A DNA stretch of 64,000 nt, taken from NCBI RefSeq assembly GCF_024700885.2, contig NZ_CP117016.1; one strand, 5' to 3'. The first letter of the stretch is position 1. Each line of letters starts with the position of its first letter. Made by a program: the position numbers and the translations under genes. Source of the DNA: Escherichia coli. Its GTDB lineage: Bacteria; Pseudomonadota; Gammaproteobacteria; Enterobacterales; Enterobacteriaceae. The notes beneath the pieces were generated by a model, which was not told the DNA's origin, searched no databases, and worked only from the letters and a program-made list of their open reading frames with translations. Shown piece by piece: positions 28,209-44,040 of this stretch.

Positions 28209-28682
28209 TTAGTGATGTTTTGGCTGCACCGCAACATACATTTCGATATCCCAGTACCCATCTTCCGCGCCATTGTTCAAATAAACCTCGAAGCAGGGCT
28301 TTGGTAACATTTCATAAGCACTGTCCTGCAAGAGACTATTAAAGAACTGATACCAGGGTTTAGCAAAATCATCACCGACTACACGAGCTACCGCCACCGC
28401 ATACTGACCACCTGTAATTTCTGTCAGAATGACGCCCTCACTGTTTTCGGGAAGCGTAAAGTAACCCGGCACCGTCACGACGGTGTCGCAGCGTAATTTT
28501 TCGGCGGGTGTTTCATCTGGATTGTCGTAATAGACAGCAACCCACTCCTTCGGCACAATATTTTTGCTATCTACCCACATCATCAACTGCTCAAAGCCTT
28601 TCTTTACCGTCTGTTCCCACGGGCCAACGAGATGGAAACCTGCAACGGTACGTTTCTCTTCCTGCTTAATCTCGTAGTTCAT
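28209..28682 (-). CDS. sbmC: DNA gyrase inhibitor SbmC (GyrI)
   Basis: 157 aa, recognised sequence [24 protein letters not shown]. Confidence 0.85.
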   Translation of the reverse strand: MNYEIKQEEKRTVAGFHLVGPWEQTVKKGFEQLMMWVDSKNIVPKEWVAVYYDNPDETPAEKLRCDTVVTVPGYFTLPENSEGVILTEITGGQYAVAVARVVGDDFAKPWYQFFNSLLQDSAYEMLPKPCFEVYLNNGAEDGYWDIEMYVAVQPKHH

Positions 28683-28800
28683 GACGCCTCCATTGATACT
28701 GTTTTTATATACAGTATAGTTGCAAAATTAAAACCACAAGGAATGAGTGTTGATTATGCGAGCAGACTCGCACTCCTGCCAGTCTGCTGCAAAAGAAAGG

Positions 28801-29973
28801 TCAGGCCTTATGGTGGAAATAATCACTCAGGCGAGAAAACATGCTGCCTTCCCCGACAGATTCCAGGGTAACCAGCGGCCAGTGCGCCACCTGTTTATCA
28901 CGGTCGTAAAGTTCAATTTCCCCTACCCGCTGATGGGCGCTAATTGGCGCGGTGAGTTCTTTACCATCAAGGGTATATTTGGCTTTGATATGTGGAATTT
29001 CGGCTTTCGGTAGCACCATCCAGAACTCTTGTTCCGTTCCCAGGTCGATATTTTCTTTATCGCCATACCAGATGCGTTCCGTTCCGACCTTTTTCCCACG
29101 GTGCAAAATTTGCACCGTAGTAAAGTTTTGTTGCCCCCAACGCAGTAATTTTCTTGCCTCTTCCTCACGACCTTTTGCACTGTCAGCCCCCATTACCACT
29201 GCAATGAGACGACGCTGCCCATCTACAGCCGAAGCAATGAGATTAAACCCGGCACCAGAAGTATGACCCGTTTTCAGGCCGTCAACATTCATGGTTTTAT
29301 CCCACAACAACCCGTTACGGTTTTGCTGGGTGATACCGTTCCAGGTGAGACTTTTCTCACTGTACATATGATAAAACTCGGGCTCGCCGTGGATGATAGC
29401 ACGAGAAAGCACAACTAAATCATAAGCCGAGCTATGCTGGCCAGGTGCATCCAGACCATGCACTGTTTCAAAATGCGTATCCTTGAGATGCAGCTTCTCG
29501 GCATAGTTGTTCATCATTTCAACAAACTGCCGTTGCCCACCGGCAATATAGTCAGCCAGAGCAACACAAGCGTCATTTCCGGAATCCACAATTAAACCAC
29601 GGCTTAAATCACGTACCGATACGCGATCGCCCTCTTTCAAAAACATCAGTGAAGAACCGACAAACACCGGATTATCTTTCGCCCACGCATCGCGCCCCAC
29701 GGTGACAATATCGTCTGGCGTAATGCGATGACTATCGATAGCGCGATCCACGACATAACCCGTCATCAGCTTTGTCAGGCTGGCGGGATTGCGCTGTTGA
29801 TGCTCATTACCCGCGGTGAGGATCTGACCGGTGGTGTAATCCATCAATACCCAGGACCCGGCATGAATCTCTGGAGGCTGAGGTGAAAAAGGAATGTTTT
29901 CCGCCGCAAAACCAGACGATAAGTTAAAAACGAACAAAGAAGCAGCAATAATAAGACGGCGTTTCAACAGCAA
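28801..29973 (-). CDS. dacD: D-alanyl-D-alanine carboxypeptidase DacD (PBP6b)
   Basis: Signal peptide, SxxK motif (ASLTKLM), 390 aa. Confidence 0.85.
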   Translation of the reverse strand: MLLKRRLIIAASLFVFNLSSGFAAENIPFSPQPPEIHAGSWVLMDYTTGQILTAGNEHQQRNPASLTKLMTGYVVDRAIDSHRITPDDIVTVGRDAWAKDNPVFVGSSLMFLKEGDRVSVRDLSRGLIVDSGNDACVALADYIAGGQRQFVEMMNNYAEKLHLKDTHFETVHGLDAPGQHSSAYDLVVLSRAIIHGEPEFYHMYSEKSLTWNGITQQNRNGLLWDKTMNVDGLKTGHTSGAGFNLIASAVDGQRRLIAVVMGADSAKGREEEARKLLRWGQQNFTTVQILHRGKKVGTERIWYGDKENIDLGTEQEFWMVLPKAEIPHIKAKYTLDGKELTAPISAHQRVGEIELYDRDKQVAHWPLVTLESVGEGSMFSRLSDYFHHKA

Positions 29974-30175
29974 ACCCTCAGGAGTTTCAAATAGCTGTTC
30001 TTTTTACGGAAATACTTATGAACTGGCTGGAATAAAGTGCAAGAAAATGTGACTACCCTCTCATTTTTATCTGACATGATCTGTTGCCACTCGCTGCCAA
30101 ATTGTGGCGCTAAAGCTGATTAGCACGGTGATATTTGATACTCTGGCAGACAGCAGAAATAACGGATTTAACCTA

Positions 30176-31603
30176 ATGATGAATGACGGTAAGCAACAAT
30201 CTACCTTTTTGTTTCACGATTACGAAACCTTTGGCACGCACCCCGCGTTAGATCGCCCTGCACAGTTCGCAGCCATTCGCACCGATAGCGAATTCAATGT
30301 CATCGGCGAACCCGAAGTCTTTTACTGCAAGCCCGCTGATGACTATTTACCCCAGCCTGGAGCAGTATTAATTACCGGTATTACCCCGCAGGAAGCACGG
30401 TCGAAAGGAGAAAACGAAGCCGCGTTTGCCGCCCGTATTCACTCGCTTTTTACCGTACCGAAGACCTGTATTCTGGGCTACAACAATGTGCGTTTCGACG
30501 ACGAAGTCACACGCAACGTTTTTTATCGTAATTTCTACGATCCTTACGCCTGGAGCTGGCAGCATGATAACTCGCGCTGGGATTTACTGGATGTTATGCG
30601 TGCCTGTTATGCCCTGCGCCCGGAAGGAATAAACTGGCCTGAAAATGATGACGGTCTACCGAGCTTTCGCCTTGAGCATTTAACCAAAGCGAATGGTATT
30701 GAACATAGCAACGCCCACGATGCGATGGCTGATGTGTACGCCACTATTGCGATGGCAAAGCTGGTAAAAACGCGTCAGCCACGCCTGTTTGATTATCTCT
30801 TTACCCATCGTAATAAACACAAACTGATGGCGTTGATTGATGTTCCGCAGATGAAACCCCTGGTGCACGTTTCCGGAATGTTTGGGGCATGGCGCGGCAA
30901 CACCAGCTGGGTGGCACCGCTGGCGTGGCATCCTGAAAATCGCAATGCCGTAATTATGGTGGATTTGGCAGGAGACATTTCGCCATTACTGGAACTGGAT
31001 AGCGACACATTGCGCGAGCGTTTATATACCGCAAAAACCGATCTTGGCGATAACGCCGCCGTTCCGGTTAAGCTGGTGCACATCAATAAATGTCCGGTGC
31101 TGGCCCAGGCGAATACGCTACGCCCGGAAGATGCCGACCGACTGGGAATTAATCGTCAGCATTGCCTCGATAACCTGAAAATTCTGCGTGAAAATCCGCA
31201 AGTGCGCGAAAAAGTGGTGGCGATATTCGCGGAAGCCGAACCGTTTACGCCTTCAGATAACGTGGATGCACAGCTTTATAACGGCTTTTTCAGTGACGCC
31301 GATCGTGCAGCAATGAAAATTGTGCTGGAAACCGAGCCGCGTAATTTACCGGCACTGGATATCACTTTTGTCGATAAACGGATTGAAAAGCTGTTGTTCA
31401 ATTATCGGGCGCGCAACTTCCCGGGGACGCTGGATTATGCCGAGCAGCAACGCTGGCTGGAGCACCGCCGCCAGGTATTCACACCCGAGTTTTTACAAGG
31501 CTATGCAGAAGAGATTCAGATGCTGGCGCAGCAGTATGCCGACGATAAAGAAAAAGTGGCGCTGTTAAAAGCGCTTTGGCAGTACGCGGAAGAGATTGTC
31601 TAG
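30176..31603 (+). CDS. sbcB: exodeoxyribonuclease I
   Basis: MMNDGKQQSTFLFHDYETFG N-terminus recognised; start trimmed from the track ORF. Confidence 0.9.
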   Translation: MMNDGKQQSTFLFHDYETFGTHPALDRPAQFAAIRTDSEFNVIGEPEVFYCKPADDYLPQPGAVLITGITPQEARSKGENEAAFAARIHSLFTVPKTCILGYNNVRFDDEVTRNVFYRNFYDPYAWSWQHDNSRWDLLDVMRACYALRPEGINWPENDDGLPSFRLEHLTKANGIEHSNAHDAMADVYATIAMAKLVKTRQPRLFDYLFTHRNKHKLMALIDVPQMKPLVHVSGMFGAWRGNTSWVAPLAWHPENRNAVIMVDLAGDISPLLELDSDTLRERLYTAKTDLGDNAAVPVKLVHINKCPVLAQANTLRPEDADRLGINRQHCLDNLKILRENPQVREKVVAIFAEAEPFTPSDNVDAQLYNGFFSDADRAAMKIVLETEPRNLPALDITFVDKRIEKLLFNYRARNFPGTLDYAEQQRWLEHRRQVFTPEFLQGYAEEIQMLAQQYADDKEKVALLKALWQYAEEIV

Positions 31604-31610
31604 TTTGAAG

Positions 31611-31634
31611 CCTCCGCCGCTGATACGGCGGAGG
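31611..31634. terminator. hairpin between convergent sbcB and yeeD
   Basis: 9-bp stem CCTCCGCCG/CGGCGGAGG. Confidence 0.35.
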
Positions 31635-31645
31635 ACAATGTTGGG

Positions 31646-31873
31646 TCAGGCTTTTTGAACGGTGATGCTCCACGCAGCATCGCCAATCTGCTGATAATCG
31701 GTGATGGCATGTCCTTCTTCTGCCGCCCATTGTGGGATTGCTTCTGTTGCCTGGGTGCAATCAAACTCAATTACCAACTCATCGCCGCTGGTCATTTCTG
31801 CCAGTGCTGCTTTTGCTTCTATGAGTGGAAACGGACAGACCTGCGTCACCACATCCAGCTTTTTAATCGCCAT
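31646..31873 (-). CDS. yeeD: TusA-like sulfur carrier protein YeeD
   Basis: 75 aa with CPFP motif. Confidence 0.85.
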   Translation of the reverse strand: MAIKKLDVVTQVCPFPLIEAKAALAEMTSGDELVIEFDCTQATEAIPQWAAEEGHAITDYQQIGDAAWSITVQKA

Positions 31874-31886
31874 CTTTACACCTTAC

Positions 31887-32945
31887 TTAATTTGCCGCAG
31901 CAGTCGCCAGTCGCGCCTTACGCTGCGGTCGAACATACACAAGCCAGGACGCAGTCCAGACACCGAGAATCATAAATACAAGGCCAACCCAGCCCTGCCA
32001 GGTCATCATTGCAGTCATAACCAGTCCATTACCGATAGAGCAACCACCTGCAATACTGGCACCGAAGCCCATCAGTACACCACCTAACCCGCTACGTAAT
32101 GTTGTTTGTGCATCAGCTGCGCGAACGCGGAACTCACGGCTCCCTTTGGCTGCAATAAATGACCCCACGAAGATCCCTAACACCAGGAAAACGCCCCAGT
32201 TAATGTATTTCACGTCACCCGCGACCAGAAATTGCAGAATATTGGCCGTTGGGGAAGTGATTCCTAACCCAAACATGCGTCCGGTTGCTTCACTCAGGGG
32301 CCAGGCTAAAAGCGCAATCAAACCGATGAGTACAGCAGTGACAAAGGGATGCCAGCGTTTTTCAAACAGAATATGAGCGATCCCGGTTCGGCGCGGCGGT
32401 AAGGTCGCGACTTTGAGTTTTGGCTTCTTCAACTCTTTCATCACCACCCAGAGCGTTATCACCAGCAAAACGGTAACCAACGGCCACACAGACAAATTAA
32501 AAGTCTCAGCAATAGAGTTATGTTCAGTACTGTAGTGCTGCAAGGTTTGATTTAAACCACTGGCATGTGGAGAACGCATCACCGCACTCATCACCATATA
32601 AGTGAAAAGCGCGATCCAACTGCCGATCAATCCCTCCCCCGCGCGATACCAGGTCCCGGTGGCACATCCACCCGCCAGAACAATTCCCAGCCCGAAGATA
32701 TACCCACCTATAACAGTACCAAGCCACGGGAACGCCCCGGCTTCGTAAGTCAGTAGGCCCGCCTGAATTAACGCAAAAACACCCACGCTTTGTACCGAAA
32801 TTGCAATCAGCAGGGCATAAAACATGCGATTATTTTTCGCGATATACATATCGCGAAAACCACCAGTCAGGCAAAAACGCCCACGCTGCATGACAAATCC
32901 CAGCAGAGCACCACAAATTAGCCCGCTTAATATCATTGAAAACAT
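31887..32945 (-). CDS. yeeE: YeeE/YedE-family membrane transporter (thiosulfate uptake)
   Basis: 352 aa polytopic membrane protein next to yeeD. Confidence 0.85.
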   Translation of the reverse strand: MFSMILSGLICGALLGFVMQRGRFCLTGGFRDMYIAKNNRMFYALLIAISVQSVGVFALIQAGLLTYEAGAFPWLGTVIGGYIFGLGIVLAGGCATGTWYRAGEGLIGSWIALFTYMVMSAVMRSPHASGLNQTLQHYSTEHNSIAETFNLSVWPLVTVLLVITLWVVMKELKKPKLKVATLPPRRTGIAHILFEKRWHPFVTAVLIGLIALLAWPLSEATGRMFGLGITSPTANILQFLVAGDVKYINWGVFLVLGIFVGSFIAAKGSREFRVRAADAQTTLRSGLGGVLMGFGASIAGGCSIGNGLVMTAMMTWQGWVGLVFMILGVWTASWLVYVRPQRKARLATAAAN

Positions 32946-33123
32946 AAATTAATTAACCAGATGAATGTTAATAGGGAAATTATTCATGACTGGTGGAATG
33001 CAGACCAATAACCAAATTCTCTAAATTAGAACAAATGGTTATTAATGAGGATGTCGATAAAAAAGAATAAAAAAACCGGAGCCCAATATTCATTCGACTC
33101 CGGTTTATTATTACAAAAGATGA

Positions 33124-34488
33124 TTACGCTACGTCTTCGTACTGCGGAACCGGATTACGGAAACTCTTGGTGACGCAAGCCAGGTAAATCAGACCGATAG
33201 CCGCCCAGATCAGACCCAGAACCATTGAGCTTTCTTCCAGGTTAACCCACAGCGCACCAACGGTCAGCGCACCACACATCGGCAGGAACAGATACTGGAA
33301 GTGATCTTTCAGCGTCTTGTTACGCTTCTCACGGATCCAGAACTGCGAGATGACCGACAGGTTAACGAAGGTGAACGCCACCAACGCACCAAAGTTGATC
33401 AGCGCTGTAGCCATTACCAGGTCGAAGTTGATTGCCAGCAAGGCAATCGCGCCAACCAGGATGATGTTCATCGCCGGAGTACGCCATTTCGGGTGTACAT
33501 AACCGAAGAAGCTTTTCGGGAATACGCCGTCACGCCCCATTACGTACATCAGACGCGCAACGCCTGCATGCGCCGCCATACCGGACGCCAGTACGGTAAT
33601 GGTGGAGAAGATCAGCGCACCAACCTGGAATGCTTTACCTGCAACATACAGCATGATTTCAGGCTGTGACGCATCCGGATCTTTAAAGCGAGAGATATCC
33701 GGGAAGTACAGCTGCAGGAAGTAAGTTGCAAAGATGAAGATCATGCCGCCAATCAGCGCGGTCAGGAAAATCGCACGCGGGATCACGCGCTCTGCATCTT
33801 TGGTTTCTTCCGACAGGTTGCTGATGCCGTCAAAGCCGGTAAAGGAGAAGCACAGGATTGTCGCCCCGGTAATCATCGGGATAACATGCGCATCGCCAGA
33901 CCAGAATGGACGAGTGCTCGCCAGCGTACCAGCGCCTTCACCTTCAAATACGCCATAAACAACCATGCCCAGAATCACCGCGATCAGCACTACCTGCAAC
34001 ACGACGATTACAGTGTTGAAGTTCGCTACGGATTTCAGACTACGCAGGTTAAAGGCGGTCATAAAGGCCACCAGCGCCACCACAAACATCCACGATGGGA
34101 TGGAAGGCACCAGAGCTTCAAAATAAATTTTCGCCAGCAGAATGTTGATCATCGGCGCGAACAGATAGTCGAGCAGAGAAGACCAACCCACCATAAAGCC
34201 GACAGTCGGGCTAATGGATTTCTGGGCGTAAGTGTATGCAGAGCCAGCAGAAGGATAGCGGCGAACCAGCTTCCCGTAGCTCAGAGCCGTAAACAGGATC
34301 GCAATCAATGCGAACGCATAGGCTGTCGGCACATGACCATCCGTGAGGCCTGAAACGATACCAAAAGTATCAAACAGCGTCATCGGCTGCATATAGGCAA
34401 GACCCATCATTACAACCGGAACTAACGTAAGCGTTTTACGCAATTCCACGCGAGAGGTGTTTGGAGTAACGTTATGCGACATGGTCAT
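33124..34488 (-). CDS. plaP: putrescine importer PlaP (YeeF), APC family
   Basis: 454 aa, 12-TM amino acid/polyamine permease. Confidence 0.85.
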   Translation of the reverse strand: MTMSHNVTPNTSRVELRKTLTLVPVVMMGLAYMQPMTLFDTFGIVSGLTDGHVPTAYAFALIAILFTALSYGKLVRRYPSAGSAYTYAQKSISPTVGFMVGWSSLLDYLFAPMINILLAKIYFEALVPSIPSWMFVVALVAFMTAFNLRSLKSVANFNTVIVVLQVVLIAVILGMVVYGVFEGEGAGTLASTRPFWSGDAHVIPMITGATILCFSFTGFDGISNLSEETKDAERVIPRAIFLTALIGGMIFIFATYFLQLYFPDISRFKDPDASQPEIMLYVAGKAFQVGALIFSTITVLASGMAAHAGVARLMYVMGRDGVFPKSFFGYVHPKWRTPAMNIILVGAIALLAINFDLVMATALINFGALVAFTFVNLSVISQFWIREKRNKTLKDHFQYLFLPMCGALTVGALWVNLEESSMVLGLIWAAIGLIYLACVTKSFRNPVPQYEDVA

Positions 34489-34748
34489 TCTCCTTTACGG
34501 TGATAACCGTCGCGTAAGCAAAAAATTGCCCCATTTTTTTGGATTCCTCAGCGACAACAACTGTCGATTTTTAGTAAATATCTATCCGGTACGAAGCCCG
34601 GCCTCTTGGTATGAATGATTGGTTTGAAGCAAAAAATAACCGACGCTGATGAAACGTCGGTTTTTAGTCATTTTTTGACAGCGGCGCATTGTGCCTAAAT
34701 GGGGGGGAAATGACAAGAGAATGAGAGGCTTGTCATAATAATTTTTCT

Positions 34749-35678
34749 TTAAATGGCTGATTTTCCGTCATCAGATTTTGCATAAACACCGGCGATCGCA
34801 CTATTTGCTAAAATTTCATCCCGCCACCAGCCGCTGGCAAGCCCTGCGGTCTGTTCATTCCAGCCAATCCAGACGGGTTCAAAGAGAGTTTGGGCGACCA
34901 CTTTCTTCTCGATTAACGCGCCACTATCGAGAAACCGTTGCGCCAGATAACGGGGTAAATAGCCGCAGCCGAGGCCGCTAATTTGCAGCTCCAGCTTGGT
35001 TTTAAAATCGAAAACGGTAATGGCTTCTTGTTCGTCGAGAAGTTGTGAGGCCGTAGAAGCGCCTGCCTGCGCAGTATCCCCCACCACAATCGCCCGATAT
35101 CGCTTAATAATACGACGGTTTAACGGCTCTTCTTCCAGAGCTAACGGATGATGAGGCGCGACCGCAAAGACTTGTTCCAGATCGCCCAACCGTGAAAAAC
35201 CAAACTCACTGGAAGATGGTGGCTCATGCATCGCGCCAACAATAATATCCGCTCGCCCCTGAGTCAGGGCATCCCAGGAACCACCGAGTACGCCATTGAT
35301 AAACTTCAGGCGCGTCACGCTATGATGTTGATAAAAAGCTTCAATCAGTGGCGCAAGCAGAGAAAAAGGAAACGTGTCGTCCACGCCAATCACCAGCTCG
35401 TTTTCCCAGCCTTCATGCAGTTTGATCGCCTGCTTTTCCAGTTCTCGCACGGTATGCAGAACTTCCCGCCCTTTCTCTAATAACATTTTTCCGGTACGGG
35501 TGAATTTAGCGCGGTGACCGCTACGATCAAGCAATTGAATATTAAGGTCGCTTTCCAGCTTGTGAACGGTGTAACTCAGAGCGGACGGCGTCTTATAGAG
35601 TTTGGCCGACGCCGCCGCAAAACTGCCTTCTTTTTCTAAGGCATCGAGGATCATCAACACATCCAGCAGTGGTTTCAT
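34749..35678 (-). CDS. yeeY: LysR-family transcriptional regulator YeeY
   Basis: N-terminal HTH, LysR substrate domain; start trimmed to MKPLLDVL. Confidence 0.8.
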   Translation of the reverse strand: MKPLLDVLMILDALEKEGSFAAASAKLYKTPSALSYTVHKLESDLNIQLLDRSGHRAKFTRTGKMLLEKGREVLHTVRELEKQAIKLHEGWENELVIGVDDTFPFSLLAPLIEAFYQHHSVTRLKFINGVLGGSWDALTQGRADIIVGAMHEPPSSSEFGFSRLGDLEQVFAVAPHHPLALEEEPLNRRIIKRYRAIVVGDTAQAGASTASQLLDEQEAITVFDFKTKLELQISGLGCGYLPRYLAQRFLDSGALIEKKVVAQTLFEPVWIGWNEQTAGLASGWWRDEILANSAIAGVYAKSDDGKSAI

Positions 35679-35723
35679 ACACGCCCCCTTGCAGTGCATG
35701 CGGCGTCCTGCTGGCGTGATCGT

Positions 35724-36548
35724 TTACTCCAGCGGCATTACCAGCGGATCGGGATACTGGTATTCAAATCCCAGTTCATTACAAATCCGACTGCCATCAA
35801 TAATCTTACCTTTGCCGCTGTCCAGACTATTTCTGAACTGCGGAGGCTCCAGCCCCAGTAAACGGGCCATCTGCGGATAGAAAACATTACGCGCAGGGTG
35901 AGCTGGCGCGCATATATTATAGATGTGTCCGCCTTTAGGTGCCTGTAACAACAGAGTGATAGCGCCAATAACATCTTCTAAATGGACTAAATTAACACCA
36001 TGTTCACCATCAGGCGCGGTTTTTCCGGCAAAGAAGCGTCCGGGATGACGTCCCGGTCCGACCAGCCCCGCAAGACGCAGAATATCGACCGAAGTACCGG
36101 GTAAATTGTGCAGCCAGTCTTCGAGTTCTTCTAATACTCGTCCACTGTTGGTTACCGGATTACGCGGGGTAGTTTCTTTCACCGTGCCTTGCGCGTCGCC
36201 ATAGACAGATGTTGAGCTGGTAAAAATAATGCGGGGAATACGATGGGCCAGCGCGCTATCCACTAACTCTTGTACCGCTTGTAAATAGAACTCATCGCCG
36301 GGGCCGCTACGACGTGCCGGAAGCGTAATGACCAGCGCATCGACATCCATCAGGGCATCCAGATCGTCAGAATCGCAAACTAACTCAGGCTCCATGCGAA
36401 GCAGATAGCTATCAATGCCACTCATTCGGGCCGCTTCGACACCATCTTGTGTGGTTTTACTCCCGGTGACTTGCCAGCCTCGCGCTGAAAGTGACATCGC
36501 CAGCGGCATGCCTAACCACCCTAACCCGACAATTGCGACCTTTTTCAT
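35724..36548 (-). CDS. yeeZ: NAD-dependent epimerase/dehydratase-family protein YeeZ
   Basis: MKKVAIVGLGWLGMPLA Rossmann N-terminus, 274 aa. Confidence 0.8.
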   Translation of the reverse strand: MKKVAIVGLGWLGMPLAMSLSARGWQVTGSKTTQDGVEAARMSGIDSYLLRMEPELVCDSDDLDALMDVDALVITLPARRSGPGDEFYLQAVQELVDSALAHRIPRIIFTSSTSVYGDAQGTVKETTPRNPVTNSGRVLEELEDWLHNLPGTSVDILRLAGLVGPGRHPGRFFAGKTAPDGEHGVNLVHLEDVIGAITLLLQAPKGGHIYNICAPAHPARNVFYPQMARLLGLEPPQFRNSLDSGKGKIIDGSRICNELGFEYQYPDPLVMPLE

Positions 36549-36630
36549 CCGTTATCTCCTGATACACCTTAGATCTATAAGGCTACGCTAGCGTATCAAA
36601 ACTGACAATTCATTCTATGAATGAATCTGT

Positions 36631-36885
36631 TCAATAATGATAACGACATGCTGCAATGAGCAGTGAATCGTCGGTAACCGCGTATACCAGACGGTGCTCC
36701 TCTGTAATGCGTCGGGACCAGAAACCTGACAAATTATGTTTCAGGGGTTCTGGCTTCCCCTTACCTTCAAATGGCGTTCTGCGGGTATCTTTGATAAGTT
36801 CATTGATCTTTTTAACAATTCGCTTATCTGTTTCCTGCCAGTACAGATAATCGTCCCATGATTCCTCAGACCAGATTAGTTTCAC
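36631..36885 (-). CDS. yoeB: toxin YoeB (ribosome-dependent mRNA interferase)
   Basis: 84 aa, recognised sequence; overlaps yefM stop. Confidence 0.85.
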
Positions 36886-37133
36886 TCAATGATGTCCTTT
36901 TCCGTTCCTTTGCCTGATTTCAGGCTATCGATTGAGTCCATCAATCTCCGGGCGTTAGCGGGGGAGCGCAGTAGATAAGCCGTCTCTTCCAGCGAGTTGT
37001 ATTCTTCGAGTGACATCAGAACACAAGCCTCTCCATTCTGACGAGTAATAAGGATCGGGGCATGATCTTCAACGGCTTTCATCATTGTTGCCGACAAATT
37101 CTGACGCGCTTCGCTGTAGCTAATTGTACGCAT
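36882..37133 (-). CDS. yefM: antitoxin YefM
   Basis: [36 protein letters not shown] recognised; start trimmed. Confidence 0.85.
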
Positions 37134-37146
37134 GTCAATCTCCTCT

Positions 37147-37164
37147 TTTGTACAGTTCATTGTA
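37147..37164. promoter_or_regulatory. yefM-yoeB operator (TGTACA repeats)
   Basis: TGTACAgttcatTGTACA immediately upstream of yefM. Confidence 0.6.
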
Positions 37165-37415
37165 CAATGATGAGCGTTAATTAACTATTTATTAATTAGT
37201 TTGTAGATCAAGGTATTGTCAGTGAGACGAAAATCCAGGCTTCGCTATTTTTGGTGCCATCAGCTTAGAGGACAGTCCTCTTAGCCCCCTCCTTTCCCCG
37301 CTCATTCATTAAACAAATCCATTGCCATAAAATATATAAAAAAGCCCTTGCTTTCTAACGTGAAAGTGGTTTAGGTTAAAAGACATCAGTTGAATAAACA
37401 TTCACAGAGACTTTT

Positions 37416-37466
37416 ATGACACGCGTTCAATTTAAACACCACCATCATCACCATCATCCTGACTAG
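37416..37466 (+). CDS. hisL: his operon leader peptide
   Basis: MTRVQFKHHHHHHHPD with seven consecutive His codons. Confidence 0.85.
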   Translation: MTRVQFKHHHHHHHPD

Positions 37467-37528
37467 TCTTTCAGGCGATGTGTGCTGGAAGACATTCAGA
37501 TCTTCCAGTGGTGCATGAACGCATGAGA

Positions 37529-37565
37529 AAGCCCCCGGAAGATCACCTTCCGGGGGCTTTTTTAT
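37529..37565 (+). terminator. his attenuator terminator
   Basis: GCCCCCGGAAG..CTTCCGGGGGC stem followed by TTTTTTT. Confidence 0.8.
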
Positions 37566-37611
37566 TGCGCGGTTGATAACGGTTCAGACAGGTTTAAAGA
37601 GGAATAAGAAA

Positions 37612-38511
37612 ATGACAGACAACACTCGTTTACGCATAGCTATGCAGAAATCCGGCCGTTTAAGTGATGACTCACGCGAATTGCTGGCGCGCTGTGGCAT
37701 TAAAATCAATCTTCACACCCAGCGCCTGATCGCGATGGCAGAAAACATGCCGATTGATATTCTGCGCGTGCGTGACGACGACATTCCCGGTCTGGTAATG
37801 GATGGCGTGGTAGACCTTGGGATTATCGGCGAAAACGTGCTGGAAGAAGAGCTGCTTAACCGCCGCGCCCAGGGTGAAGATCCACGCTACTTTACCCTGC
37901 GTCGTCTGGATTTCGGCGGCTGCCGTCTTTCGCTGGCAACGCCAGTTGATGAAGCCTGGGACGGCCCGCTCTCCTTAAACGGTAAACGTATCGCCACCTC
38001 TTATCCTCACCTGCTCAAGCGTTATCTCGACCAGAAAGGCATCTCTTTTAAATCCTGCTTACTGAACGGTTCTGTTGAAGTCGCCCCGCGTGCCGGACTG
38101 GCGGATGCGATTTGCGATCTGGTTTCCACCGGTGCCACGCTGGAAGCTAACGGCCTGCGCGAAGTCGAAGTTATCTACCGCTCGAAAGCCTGCCTGATCC
38201 AGCGCGATGGCGAAATGGAAGAATCCAAACAGCAACTGATCGACAAACTGCTGACCCGTATTCAGGGTGTGATCCAGGCGCGCGAATCAAAATACATCAT
38301 GATGCACGCACCGACCGAACGTCTGGATGAAGTCATCGCCCTGCTGCCAGGTGCCGAACGCCCAACTATTCTACCGCTGGCGGGTGATCAACAGCGCGTA
38401 GCGATGCACATGGTCAGTAGCGAAACCCTGTTCTGGGAAACCATGGAAAAACTGAAAGCGCTGGGTGCCAGTTCAATCCTGGTCCTGCCGATTGAGAAGA
38501 TGATGGAGTGA
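37612..38511 (+). CDS. hisG: ATP phosphoribosyltransferase
   Basis: [17 protein letters not shown] recognised; start trimmed. Confidence 0.9.
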
Positions 38512-38516
38512 TCGCC

Positions 38517-40887
<2,371 letters not shown>

Positions 40888-40888
<1 letters not shown>

Positions 40889-41954
40889 TGAGTCAGAAGT
40901 ATCTTTTTATCGATCGCGATGGAACCCTGATTAGCGAACCGCCGAGTGATTTTCAGGTGGACCGTTTTGACAAACTCGCCTTTGAACCGGGCGTGATCCC
41001 GGAGCTACTGAAGCTGCAAAAAGCGGGCTACAAGCTGGTGATGATCACTAATCAGGATGGTCTGGGAACACAAAGTTTCCCGCAGGCGGATTTTGATGGC
41101 CCGCACAACCTGATGATGCAGATCTTCACCTCGCAAGGCGTGCAGTTTGATGAAGTGCTGATTTGTCCGCACCTGCCCGCCGATGAGTGCGACTGCCGTA
41201 AGCCGAAAGTAAAACTGGTAGAGCGTTATCTGGCTGAGCAAGCGATGGACCGTGCCAACAGTTATGTGATTGGCGATCGCGCGACCGACATTCAACTGGC
41301 GGAAAACATGGGCATTAATGGTTTACGCTATGACCGCGAAACCCTGAACTGGCCAATGATTGGCGAGCAGCTCACTAAACGAGACCGTTACGCCCATGTG
41401 GTGCGCAACACCAAAGAGACGCAAATTGACGTCCAGGTGTGGCTGGATCGCGAAGGTGGCAGCAAGATTAACACCGGCGTTGGCTTCTTTGATCACATGC
41501 TGGATCAGATCGCCACCCACGGCGGTTTCCGGATGGAAATCAACGTCAAAGGCGACCTCTATATCGACGATCACCACACCGTCGAAGATACCGGCCTGGC
41601 GCTGGGCGAAGCGTTAAAAATTGCTCTTGGCGACAAACGCGGTATTTGCCGCTTTGGTTTTGTGCTGCCGATGGACGAATGCCTTGCCCGCTGCGCACTG
41701 GATATCTCTGGTCGCCCGCACCTGGAATATAAAGCTGAATTTACCTACCAGCGCGTGGGCGATCTCAGCACTGAAATGATCGAGCACTTCTTCCGTTCGC
41801 TCTCTTACACCATGGGCGTGACGTTGCACCTGAAAACCAAAGGTAAAAACGATCATCACCGTGTAGAGAGCCTGTTCAAAGCTTTTGGTCGCACCCTGCG
41901 CCAGGCCATCCGCGTGGAAGGCGATACCCTGCCCTCGTCGAAAGGAGTGCTGTA

Positions 41955-41955
<1 letters not shown>
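40888..41955 (+). CDS. hisB: bifunctional imidazoleglycerol-phosphate dehydratase / histidinol-phosphatase
   Basis: [18 protein letters not shown]-type N-terminus. Confidence 0.9.

Positions 41956-44033
<2,078 letters not shown>

Positions 44034-44040
<7 letters not shown>

Noticed and set aside
37431-37457. Run of His codons as an engineered His-tag
   Set aside because: It is the natural hisL leader peptide, in the correct context upstream of hisG with the attenuator.
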